Part shown: positions 39,399-49,400 of the stretch, one piece after another
How the letters are laid out: each line of letters begins with the position of its first letter
How positions within the stretch are numbered: the stretch's first letter is position 1
Notes under the pieces: generated by a model
The model's database searches: none
Told to the model about the DNA's origin: nothing
What the model saw: only the letters and a program-made list of their open reading frames with translations
Virus record (IMG/VR): IMGVR_UViG_3300046453_000063
Coordinates: 32,001-96,000 of that record
Reading direction: 5' to 3' (one strand)
DNA length: 64,000 nt
From: a virus
Translations under genes and position numbers: made by a program

Positions 39399-41921
39399 TT
39401 ACTCGGCAAACTCAATTAAGATTGACGCGGAGATATCTGCTGTCGTAGGAGCCCAGCCTGTTGTCGCATACCTCAATGTCAGTGTCTCCGTAGGCGACAC
39501 ATCAATCGGGGTTGTCACAGTCTTCGTGACAACGAACACGTTTGTGTTAAACGTCAATGTCTCGCCAGTAGACACTCCGTTTTTATAGATTGTTAGCGTC
39601 AGCGTCCCTGCAGTATGCTGCTCGTTTGAGTAGACACTCAGACCTACTATCTTCGCTGCATATCCGAGTATATACGCCTGTGTTCCTCCGCCAGTGTTCA
39701 TCGGGATGGCAGCAGAACTAGCCGGGACATTATCCAGCCAATAATTTAATGACATTTTGCTAACAGATTTCTTTGTGTCAGCTACACCGCTGCCCGGGTT
39801 GTTCCACAATTTATTACTGGAGTGGAGGTCGATTCTCGGGGTATTGTAATAGGTGGAGAAATAAACAGTATTATTGCTGACAACGTTGTTTTGACCTGTA
39901 CCAGTAATGCACTTACCCTTGTTAGTATGAACGACTTGTCGTGTAAATGTATTAGCGTCAATTATATTGTATCCACCAATATTTATGACAATATCGTCCT
40001 TGGAAGCATCGCGGCGGTTGCCGTTCTTGAACGTGTTTCCTAGTATTTTTACCGTTGAACAATCAGTCATAATGATACTTTCATCCATCTGTCGCCAGAA
40101 ATCATTAACCGCAACGATACTGTCTACCATTTTGACCGCTTTGATGCCGATACCGGAGTCAATCGCATCGTAACTACCGTCAAAATAGTTGTTTTGGATT
40201 TTGATTAACTCCACATTGAATCCGTCTATAGTGTCCTCGACCCACACGCCGCCATTAATCGAACTACCGATGATTTGATTTTGTTCGATAAATTGGCTTG
40301 GCTTAACAGCATGAATGCCGAAGGATCTGCTGTACGCCCATACCGTGTTATTGTTAGTCCAGGAGTCGGTACTTTCCATAACGATGCTCGCTTGATTGAG
40401 CAGACAGAACTGAACACGGTTCACGAAGGAACTTAATCCCGTAGCCCGGCTGAACCAAATACCCGCAACGTCAGTCTTGGTAAGCGTCATTCCAATGATC
40501 TCAACATTCTGTACCAAACACTTAGAACAGTTGTGAAAATGGATATGGTACTTGGACCTGGACGTTAAGGTGGTGTCAATAATCTTGAAATTCTCTACCG
40601 TTGTATTGCTCGAATTATTGATAGAGAATACTTCAATGTCGCTCGTGACGCTGATTGTGCTTCCGTTTCCTTCTACAATAATGTTTTCATAGTTAATGGA
40701 TATTGGACTGGTGATATGGTAGTTTGCCGATGCTACAAAATCCAGAACACCACCGTTCACCAGACTGTTAGCCAGTGCTTGTATTTCCGCCATGGTCATG
40801 TTGTCTCGGACATACACATGGTTCTGCACCACATCCGCCAACTGCGCAGTAAGAGTGTCATTGACGACTTTGAGAGCATTGGCTGTTGGAGCTAAAGTAG
40901 TGGAGGGAGTAGAAGCGTTGTCTATTAGTTGGACAATACCTTTTTCGGTTATGGAGGCATCTACTTTATTAATTACAGAATTCCATGTTGTAGACACCGA
41001 AAGTTGCATAATCATTTTCCAATATGTTGTGTTAGTGGGCAGAACACCAGTAGACTGTAAAATGTTTTGATACACTGCATCATTATAAACAACTATATTC
41101 AGTGGTTTATAAGTTACTCCATTGTCATATTCGCCTTTATTGCTCAATTCAGCAGCATAATCACCTTTTGCCTTTGCATAGTCTCCCTGCTCAAGAGCGT
41201 AAGCTGCTTTTAGGTCGGCATTATCGGCAGAATCGTCTGCATTACTGGCAGCAGTGTTTGCGAGGCTTGTAGCAGTGTCTGCGTTCGTCTTAGCGGTGTT
41301 TGCCGCACTGGCAGCAGTATTAGCGCTGTCTCTGGCTGTATTCGCCTGAGAAGTTGCTGTGTTTGCTAATCCGGTGGCAGTATTGGCATTCGATGTTGCT
41401 GTGTTTGCGTTTGTTGTAGCAGTTACAGCTAGAGCGGCCTTTGTATCTGCATTTGCAGCAGCAGCATTTGCATCGGTAGTTGCTTCGTGTGCATCATCGA
41501 TTGTTTGATTGAGGGTAGGGAGTTCGTCAATAACTTCCTGACCAGCAACAATAATGTCTTTTAGGGTTTGAACTACATTTCCCTCAGACTCTTCAACCCA
41601 TATTCTTCCCGAACTTACATAATGATTTCCACGGCCTTTATAGATTGCTGTTAGGGTTAGCCCTTCAGCGGCAGAATTGAAATAAACTAAGCCCTCAGCA
41701 TAATCAACTCGATATTCATTTGTCGCTAAATTAGTTGTATTAGAAACGGGCAACTCGTAGTATCCTGTAATTCTAACTTTGTTTAACGAAACTGGAATTT
41801 CATTAAGTTGTATAACACCATTGATTACTTTTTTTGATTCTGTAATGTCGATATATGGGTCTGAACTTGTGCCAGCTCGATATTTCGTGATTGTGCTGTT
41901 TTGATAGTTGAAAGACGACAT
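39399..41921 (-). CDS. tail fibre/spike with right-handed beta-helix domain
   Basis: Ala/Asn/Thr heptads, ASITEKGIVQL fibre repeat, Asn-ladder repeats; AAGGAGG then ATG 41921. Confidence 0.85.
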   Translation of the reverse strand: MSSFNYQNSTITKYRAGTSSDPYIDITESKKVINGVIQLNEIPVSLNKVRITGYYELPVSNTTNLATNEYRVDYAEGLVYFNSAAEGLTLTAIYKGRGNHYVSSGRIWVEESEGNVVQTLKDIIVAGQEVIDELPTLNQTIDDAHEATTDANAAAANADTKAALAVTATTNANTATSNANTATGLANTATSQANTARDSANTAASAANTAKTNADTATSLANTAASNADDSADNADLKAAYALEQGDYAKAKGDYAAELSNKGEYDNGVTYKPLNIVVYNDAVYQNILQSTGVLPTNTTYWKMIMQLSVSTTWNSVINKVDASITEKGIVQLIDNASTPSTTLAPTANALKVVNDTLTAQLADVVQNHVYVRDNMTMAEIQALANSLVNGGVLDFVASANYHITSPISINYENIIVEGNGSTISVTSDIEVFSINNSSNTTVENFKIIDTTLTSRSKYHIHFHNCSKCLVQNVEIIGMTLTKTDVAGIWFSRATGLSSFVNRVQFCLLNQASIVMESTDSWTNNNTVWAYSRSFGIHAVKPSQFIEQNQIIGSSINGGVWVEDTIDGFNVELIKIQNNYFDGSYDAIDSGIGIKAVKMVDSIVAVNDFWRQMDESIIMTDCSTVKILGNTFKNGNRRDASKDDIVINIGGYNIIDANTFTRQVVHTNKGKCITGTGQNNVVSNNTVYFSTYYNTPRIDLHSSNKLWNNPGSGVADTKKSVSKMSLNYWLDNVPASSAAIPMNTGGGTQAYILGYAAKIVGLSVYSNEQHTAGTLTLTIYKNGVSTGETLTFNTNVFVVTKTVTTPIDVSPTETLTLRYATTGWAPTTADISASILIEFAE

Positions 41922-42071
41922 TGTTATGAAATTCCTCCTTATGTATAACGTTTGAAGCACAACAAAAAGCCACTTACGAAGGAGTGACTAGATGATGGAA
42001 TATGTTTTTTGATAATACGTGTTTAATAAATAAAAATATGTAAATAATATAAAATACATACGATTAATCTC

Positions 42072-42100
42072 TTGTCAACTGGAATATGTTGGTGTATAAT
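42072..42100 (+). promoter_or_regulatory. sigma-A promoter of a moron
   Basis: TTGTCA-N17-TATAAT. Confidence 0.75.
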
Positions 42101-42162
42101 AAAAATATACATATTAACATAATCCATCAACAATAACAACAAATAAAAAGGAGTGAAACAAA

Positions 42163-42930
42163 ATGAAAAAAGGCAGTTATTTAGCAACTGGAGTCATTAT
42201 TGGGATGGCACTAACAATAACAACTCCAGTCTTAGCAGAAACGGTTAAAACCGTATCGGCTAAAATTAATAGCACGGTAGATGTTGTAATCAATGGCAAG
42301 GAAACAAAATTAAATGCTCAACCAATTAACTATAACAATCTAAACTATTTACCAGTAGGTGAAATTGGTCGAGCATTGGGATTAACAGTACAATACGATA
42401 AGGAGACGGATACTATTAATATTGATCAGAAAACAGAAAGTGCAACAAATGTTACATCTACGACCACGGCTAACATCACAACACAAACGCAAAACTTACC
42501 AATACCGACAACTGAAGTTGGAGAGAAGATATCAAATGATATGACTACAGCATCAATTGATAAAGTAGAATATGTCTCTACTGAAAATAACGATGGGGTG
42601 GTTTTGAAAAATGGGTTTAAAATTTATACCACAATAACAAACAAGTCTGATTCATACAACCTTAGACCAGTCGGAGGATACCAATTTAAAATGGAAAGTG
42701 ATACCGATCAATCTATAATTAACAATGCCGGAGCTTCTTATTTTATTTTTACAACTCTTGATGGTCAAAAATATGATGGAACAAAGACTCTTGAAAAGAA
42801 TGAAAGTGCAACCGGATTTGTTTTTGTTCCTTATACTGGAAATGGAAAGATGGTATCAGTAGAATATTATCCAAGCTACCCTTCTTATGTCGGCAATAAT
42901 AAACCAATGGGCGTTTGGAACGTGAAGTAG
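42163..42930 (+). CDS. secreted stalk-domain (copper amine oxidase N-terminal-like) protein, moron
   Basis: Signal peptide; YLPVGEIGRALGLTVQYD; own promoter; opposite to tail genes. Confidence 0.75.
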   Translation: MKKGSYLATGVIIGMALTITTPVLAETVKTVSAKINSTVDVVINGKETKLNAQPINYNNLNYLPVGEIGRALGLTVQYDKETDTINIDQKTESATNVTSTTTANITTQTQNLPIPTTEVGEKISNDMTTASIDKVEYVSTENNDGVVLKNGFKIYTTITNKSDSYNLRPVGGYQFKMESDTDQSIINNAGASYFIFTTLDGQKYDGTKTLEKNESATGFVFVPYTGNGKMVSVEYYPSYPSYVGNNKPMGVWNVK

Positions 42931-45591
42931 TTAAAAACCAACAAAAGTCTTTAAATATAGACTTGCGTTTATTCTACCTAACTGAGTGGATGTCAGTTCA
43001 ACCGTGTGCCAACCAACGGTAGATATCCATTCGGTTATATTTACATTATTCTCTGATCCATAGTATGTACTTCCTCTAGGAATGCCGTCGATTATAATTT
43101 GAACACCTGTGGCAAAGGTATCTTCGTATATTCCGTAATCAATTCCATGCTCATGCGCTGGCATATCTATGTCATGCAGGTGAGTAGGAACAGTAAAACT
43201 GTGATAGTGATCGCTTAATGCAAACGAATGCTGATGAGCACCAGAAGCAACCCACGTTACAGCTCCGCCACCAGATATCATTAACTCGGTTCCAGGGGCT
43301 ATACCGTGATTATGACCTCCTGTGGCAAAATAGAATCCCTCTGTTTGAGACACACCACTTGTTCCTTCTGGAGATGTTGATTGAGCAGTAAAACTTTGCG
43401 TCTCAGTAGTCGTTAATGGAATAACCTCACTCAAAGCACCCTTACTATACGCTCTAAACTTCTCCAATGTAAAATTAAGCATTACTTTTCTAACACTAAT
43501 CATTCCATCGTCAATGTAGAACTTCAGTTTTAATCCATGCGTACTATCCACATTATCTGCTAATTGGATTGTATCCGTCTGGACAATTCCATCCTCGTTT
43601 AAAACTATTTCTCCGGCCTTACTTTTAATCATTAATCCATATTTGCCATCTTCATACTCGCCAAGTTTAATACGAATGTCGCCTTCAGCATCTTTAATAG
43701 TTAACAAATTCCCCTGTATAACAAATGTTCCATCATCATCAGAGATAATCAATTTGTTACCCATAATCAAACGTCCAGCAATCCGTTCGGCAACAATTCG
43801 ATCTGGTAAAATGGCTGTGCTCCATGTATTACCGTTATCTTGAGATAATGCAATTTGACCATGTTGCATAATCAGAATCTTATTGGGATCAGTGGGGTCA
43901 CGCACAATTACACCTTTGCGTGAAATTTCAACTGACTCATTTACTCCTGCAACAATATCATGTTTTACAGCATCCCACGTTTCATTCAAAAATCTCGTTG
44001 TTTCGTCTGCTGTTGCTTTAGCGGCATCCCAACTTGGTTTACTCATATTGACTGTATTAGATGAACTAATTGTTTTGTAATAATTCTTCAGAAATCTCTG
44101 ATCGTCCGTTAGCAACTCTCTTACATTAGAAATGGTGATGTCGATTGAAGCACTCTCATAATCGAAATCAATTTCAGCAACATTTGCTTGTATATTTACT
44201 CCCAAACGTTCATGTTGAACCGTAATAACATCGCCAATATTCAATTTATCCCAATTATGACTTTCTGTTAGAATCTCATAAAAGTCCACAATAGATACTT
44301 TTGAAACAATTTTAGGTTGTCTAATCTTATCAAACTCAACCTTACCATCTGCTAAAAGTGTTTTTGCATCAGTATAATTCTCGTTACTTAACTCTTTTTC
44401 AATGATAAATGGATTTAATTCAATGAGTTGGTTACTCGTGAAGTTATTTTCCATCTTTAATATATTTGCCAATGTGTCCATCGATGCTTGAGTAGAGGAT
44501 ATCTGAGCATTCACCGTTGCAATTTCTGCTTTTTTAGTAGTAATTTGAGCTTCTTTATTTGCTTTATCAATTAATATCTGCGCTGTACTTCCACCTGTTG
44601 CATTTGCTGTAGCAAGATTATCATCAATTATGTATAACTGCGTTGTGAGTGTACTTAATTCAGTTTGTTTGGTATCAAGAGTTGCTCGATATGTAGTCAT
44701 TTGAGTGAGTAGAGTAGTATATTCTGTTTGTTTGGTTGTATATAATGAATTATAAGCAATCAATGATTCACATAGTCCATCGCTTAGATAATCACTATGA
44801 CTTACAATCACACCATCAACTTTTAAAAATGGATAGATAAAGTATGAGAAGTCCTGGATGAAATTACTGCCCAATGGATTTACAGACTGAATCGAGATTC
44901 CTTCCTTACCAAACAATTTGAGTCGAGTACAGAATTCATCAAAGTTTAATTCATGATCCAGACTCTGCATTAACATACCAAATTTAGTTTTAAATCCTTT
45001 ATTTACTCCATAATTATCAGGATTATAAAAATTTATTTCTTGGTCAACAGTGTCCCATATAATTAAGGCATTAAACAGTTCTGCCGCTTGCTGAATACCA
45101 TCCATAACATTTCCAGAGAAATCTAATGCTCTGTATTTTAAATCAAAAGTAGCGTCTACATATCCAATGCTCCATACCGTTTGAGCAAGCATATCGTCAA
45201 GTATTTGACTCAAGGTATAAGATTCTACACTGTAATCTTTAATAAGTTTAGATGCTAAACTGTAACCATAACCATAACAATTTACAGTAATGCTATCTGA
45301 ATCACCCATTGCCTTATTTACTTTATCGATAATGTAGTATTCAGTATAATCACCTTTTTCAAACCGAATAAGATAACGCTCTTTAATCATATCAATATGT
45401 TTATTTCTTACCAATTCCCCGTATTCATCAAGCATAAGAGGAATCTTAAACGTCATTTCATTAATGAGTCCAAGATATACTTTTTGATTAATTTGAAATC
45501 TTACTTCTGGAAGATGGGCAATAGTTGTTTTATTTGGTCTACACAAATATAGTTTTGGTTCAATTATTTCTGTATTGATTTGTTCAATCAA
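42931..45591 (-). CDS. Tal/baseplate hub-spike protein
   Basis: TRLKLFG, LNIGDVITV, AERIAGRLIMG; follows Dit; TTG 45591. Confidence 0.8.
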   Translation of the reverse strand: MIEQINTEIIEPKLYLCRPNKTTIAHLPEVRFQINQKVYLGLINEMTFKIPLMLDEYGELVRNKHIDMIKERYLIRFEKGDYTEYYIIDKVNKAMGDSDSITVNCYGYGYSLASKLIKDYSVESYTLSQILDDMLAQTVWSIGYVDATFDLKYRALDFSGNVMDGIQQAAELFNALIIWDTVDQEINFYNPDNYGVNKGFKTKFGMLMQSLDHELNFDEFCTRLKLFGKEGISIQSVNPLGSNFIQDFSYFIYPFLKVDGVIVSHSDYLSDGLCESLIAYNSLYTTKQTEYTTLLTQMTTYRATLDTKQTELSTLTTQLYIIDDNLATANATGGSTAQILIDKANKEAQITTKKAEIATVNAQISSTQASMDTLANILKMENNFTSNQLIELNPFIIEKELSNENYTDAKTLLADGKVEFDKIRQPKIVSKVSIVDFYEILTESHNWDKLNIGDVITVQHERLGVNIQANVAEIDFDYESASIDITISNVRELLTDDQRFLKNYYKTISSSNTVNMSKPSWDAAKATADETTRFLNETWDAVKHDIVAGVNESVEISRKGVIVRDPTDPNKILIMQHGQIALSQDNGNTWSTAILPDRIVAERIAGRLIMGNKLIISDDDGTFVIQGNLLTIKDAEGDIRIKLGEYEDGKYGLMIKSKAGEIVLNEDGIVQTDTIQLADNVDSTHGLKLKFYIDDGMISVRKVMLNFTLEKFRAYSKGALSEVIPLTTTETQSFTAQSTSPEGTSGVSQTEGFYFATGGHNHGIAPGTELMISGGGAVTWVASGAHQHSFALSDHYHSFTVPTHLHDIDMPAHEHGIDYGIYEDTFATGVQIIIDGIPRGSTYYGSENNVNITEWISTVGWHTVELTSTQLGRINASLYLKTFVGF

Positions 45592-45604
45592 AATTACACA
45601 CTCC

Positions 45605-46378
45605 CTATGTAGCAAACTGATATTTGAATTGGATCATACAGTCACCATATATTTTTAAATAGTTATATCCAGGAACGAAGGAGGTAAATTCTCCGTAAGC
45701 ATCATCAAAATGATAGGTAAGTGGTATGTCTGAAACAATATCTTCTTTTTCACAGTCGATAGCAATAAATTCATCATCGACTAAGTTGACAATTCGAAAT
45801 GTTTTTCCTCTGTCGGATTCATTCTTAATACTGATTTCTCCGTTACCAACTTTCTGTACAGTGATCTGTGGTTTACAAATCATACCGCCTTTGTTGTCAA
45901 CCACAAACTCCACACCATTCACAGTGTTCTCAGAGCAGTCCAGAACCTCTGGTTGATACACAGGTGAATATGTATATGGACTAACACTTCTCATCTCTAT
46001 GGTCACGTAGCCTTGCTTGAGAGAGTTGTGAAGCAATCTTGGTTCACCAGTATATAAAAGGTAATAAATCTTATCTAAATTATCTGAAAATATCATTGGC
46101 TTATAATAAGTTTGTTTACCCAGCCATTGAAACACTTCTTCTAACCTACCTTCGTCAAAGTTATCTACGAAAGCAAATGACAAGTTAACTTTGAAAGGTA
46201 CTTTTTTACGTTCAACAAAGTAAGGAGTATCACGACCTCTGATAACAACTTCATTGATAGACTGTTCGGGAAGAAAGTTTTCATCTAACATTCCAGTATC
46301 AAAATTGACATTAAGAATTCCCATATCTTCACTTGTAATTCCGTCATATATAAAATATAGACTATCTCTAATTGGCAC
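45605..46378 (-). CDS. distal tail protein (Dit)
   Basis: FIYDGITSEDMG, SPYTYS, PGYN; follows tape measure. Confidence 0.8.
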   Translation of the reverse strand: MPIRDSLYFIYDGITSEDMGILNVNFDTGMLDENFLPEQSINEVVIRGRDTPYFVERKKVPFKVNLSFAFVDNFDEGRLEEVFQWLGKQTYYKPMIFSDNLDKIYYLLYTGEPRLLHNSLKQGYVTIEMRSVSPYTYSPVYQPEVLDCSENTVNGVEFVVDNKGGMICKPQITVQKVGNGEISIKNESDRGKTFRIVNLVDDEFIAIDCEKEDIVSDIPLTYHFDDAYGEFTSFVPGYNYLKIYGDCMIQFKYQFAT

Positions 46379-46438
46379 TTAACCACCACCTTAAATTATA
46401 AAGAGGTGGAGCCATAAGACCCCACCTTTAGGAATTGA

Positions 46439-49400
46439 TTATTTATTGCCAGTTCTACGTTTATACTCACTTTGAATCTTGGTGAAGAATGTATTCACTC
46501 CAGATTCATCCGTGTTCAACTTATCAATTTTAACATTCAGATATACATTTCCAGTTGATGATGTGGAAGAAGCGGTAGATGTGGCAATTGACGGATTAAA
46601 GTTATTGAATCCAGATTTAAAATTATCATAGATATCTCTAGCAACATTAACAATCTGAAGAAGTTTACTTGTATCAAATTTATCCAATACAAGTTCTTTT
46701 TCATGTGCAAGCAAGAATTTACCACCTGAGAAAGCAGGAGTCATACCACCAGTTTCAGCAGAGAATGCAGTATTCTTTAGTTTCTCATATGAACCATCTG
46801 GGAATCCATACTGATTACGGTATGCAGTATTTTGTGCAGCAAGATTATTAAATTGAGATTCTAGAGAAGCATATTGTGATGATTTTTTATCTAACAAAGC
46901 CATCTGAGCGCGAATGGATTCCGCTTGTTGTTTATTGCTGAGATATTGAGTCCACGCTGCTTGCTTGGTGGATGAAGAGGAGGAAGAAGTATTTGCTGGA
47001 TTTGTGGTTGCGCCAGCACCAGAACCAGAAATGCCAGAATATGAAGTAATAGCCTCATTGTCCTTGTTGAACGTATAAAGTAAATTCTGATATTCTTTAC
47101 TGGTTTCACCTATCTGTGTTTTTATTGAATCAAAGAAGGTTTTATACTTACTCTTTAAATCATCCAATGCACTTGTAACAACAGTAGAATCTTCACTAAG
47201 AAGTTTTTGCTTCAATAAATAATATGACTGCTCATCTTCTAAGATATCAGTATAATACTGCTCTTTTTCTTTGGTAGATAACTCAAGAGCTTTCGTATTA
47301 GCCTTATTTAATTCATCCTCTATAGACTTCTCAGTATCTGTAATAGATTTTTTATCATCTAGTTGCTTTTGAAGATTTTCCTTTCTTAGTTCACGAGTGC
47401 GATCAAGTTTGTATTTATCAATCTCCTCAGTACTTTCGGCTATTTGTTCTTGTAGTTCTTTGGCCTTCGCCTTGCCCTCTATTGAATCATCCTTAGACAA
47501 GGAATCCAATCTAGTTTGAAGTTTGGCTCGCTCAGCAATCTTTTTATTTTGTTCGGTGCTGTAGTCATCTGAGGAAATCTCATCGTCTAGGGCTTTTTGT
47601 TGTGCATTTATTACCTTTTCAAAATCATCGTATTCTTTTTCAATATTTTTTGTTCTGGCATCATGACGCTCATCTTCAGCATCCTTGAGTTTATCTATTG
47701 CCTTTAAAGCAAGGTCTTTTTGCTTTTCAACCATCTTCTTATAACTATCAATAACGTCATCAACATAAGATTCCTTAATGTCTTTTATAGATGTCGAATA
47801 TTCATAATTAGCAAGAACAAGTTCTTTTATGGACTCTTTAAGTTCAACCTTCGTTGCCGCTGATAGTTTTTCGTTTTTTGTTTGAGTTTCAATAAACTTG
47901 ATGAGATCTTCGTTGGCAGTTCTTTGTTGATTTGTTAACTTTATTTGGTTTGCCAATTCGTTATTATATTCCGTTGTTCCTTTTTCAAACTGAGATAGTT
48001 TAGCCTTGGATACATCGACTTCATTCCCGATGTCAGAAATAATCTTTTTAGAGGCCGATATTTGACTATTGATATTTTCGGTTAATCCGCTTAATTTATC
48101 AGATTGAATATCCTTGACATCAGTATCTAATTGTATTAAGAAGTCATCATACTCATCAGACGAAACGCCCAATTCTTTCATCATAGCCTGAAGATTTGAT
48201 TTCTCCTGGGCTTTAAGAGATTGGATTTGGGTCTGAATATTTATCTGTTTGTTATTTTCTTTACGCCACTCAACAGAATTCGGATCAAGAGTATCTTGCA
48301 CCTTTTTAGATGCTTCAATTTGTAGTTCGGCAGAAGCAACTAAGCGATCATATTTTTCTTTGATTGAATCCAACTGGAGAATGTTATTTTGATAAATAGT
48401 GTTGGCATCTGCTGTATTCTGAGCAACAGCATTATCTGATGCATCTTGCATTTCTTTCGCTGTTGCGCCATTGGTTTTAACGGTGGTTCCGCCAACCTTA
48501 GAAGTAGAATTACCAGTAGTGGATGAGGCAGTAGATGTAGAACTTGAACCCGTGACTCGTCTAGCGCCTTGATACTTACCAGACCAATAAGAGCTATCCA
48601 AGTCGGATTCTTTTAGTCCGCTATTACCCATCTGAATAAACTTGCCATTACCTTGATAGATACCAACGTGGGAATTATCTTTACCCGTTGTATTGAAGAA
48701 TACCAAGTCTCCGGCTTGAAGTTGTTCCTTAGAGATTGCTACTCCCTGTTTGGCTTGCTCTGCGGCAGTACGAGGGAGAGTGGTGTTTAGGAACTCTTTA
48801 AACATCTCCTGAACGAACTGAGAACAGTCAGAGGTTGCACCTTCAACAAACTGATCGAATGTACCTTTGTATTCTCCAGCAACTTGTTTGTATTTAAATT
48901 GACCTTGGAGAGCAGAGGCGCTTGCGAGCAAGTTTGATACACCAGAGGAAGAGGAAGAAGAACCCGTAGAAGAGGAATCTTCGCCAGCTTTAGTTTTAAC
49001 TGTTGTGGTAACCTTAGTCGAAACTAATTGAGATGGATTAGCAATTCCTTCTTTACGGAGTTTGATTTGCTCCTGAATAAGTTTATTCTCTTTTGCGAGG
49101 GAATCACGATATTCTTGTGATCCTTTACGTAGACGAGAGCGCTTATTTTCTTCTTCATCGCGAAGTTTCTGGATGGAAATTAGGGACTTTTGGAGATCGG
49201 TGAGAATTTCTACGGTATCGGAGATGGAGTCGTAATTAGAATCTGTTGCTTTCTTGGACTCAGTAGTATCGGTTTTGAAATCAGAAAGAGTATTAGTGAG
49301 AATATTATATTTGTTAATTAAGGCTGATAACTCATCTTTTGCATCGTTATACGGACTTTTAATAGCACGTTGTTCAGCTCTTAAGTTGTCAACAGTTAAA

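Noticed and set aside
41200-41490. Nucleotide tandem repeat in the tail fibre
   Set aside because: Degenerate Ala/Asn/Thr heptads at protein level, ordinary for fibres.
41993-42014. Additional 8-6-8 site (TGATGGAA-TATGTT-TTTTGATA)
   Set aside because: Right arm is out of register; too weak in AT-rich DNA to count.
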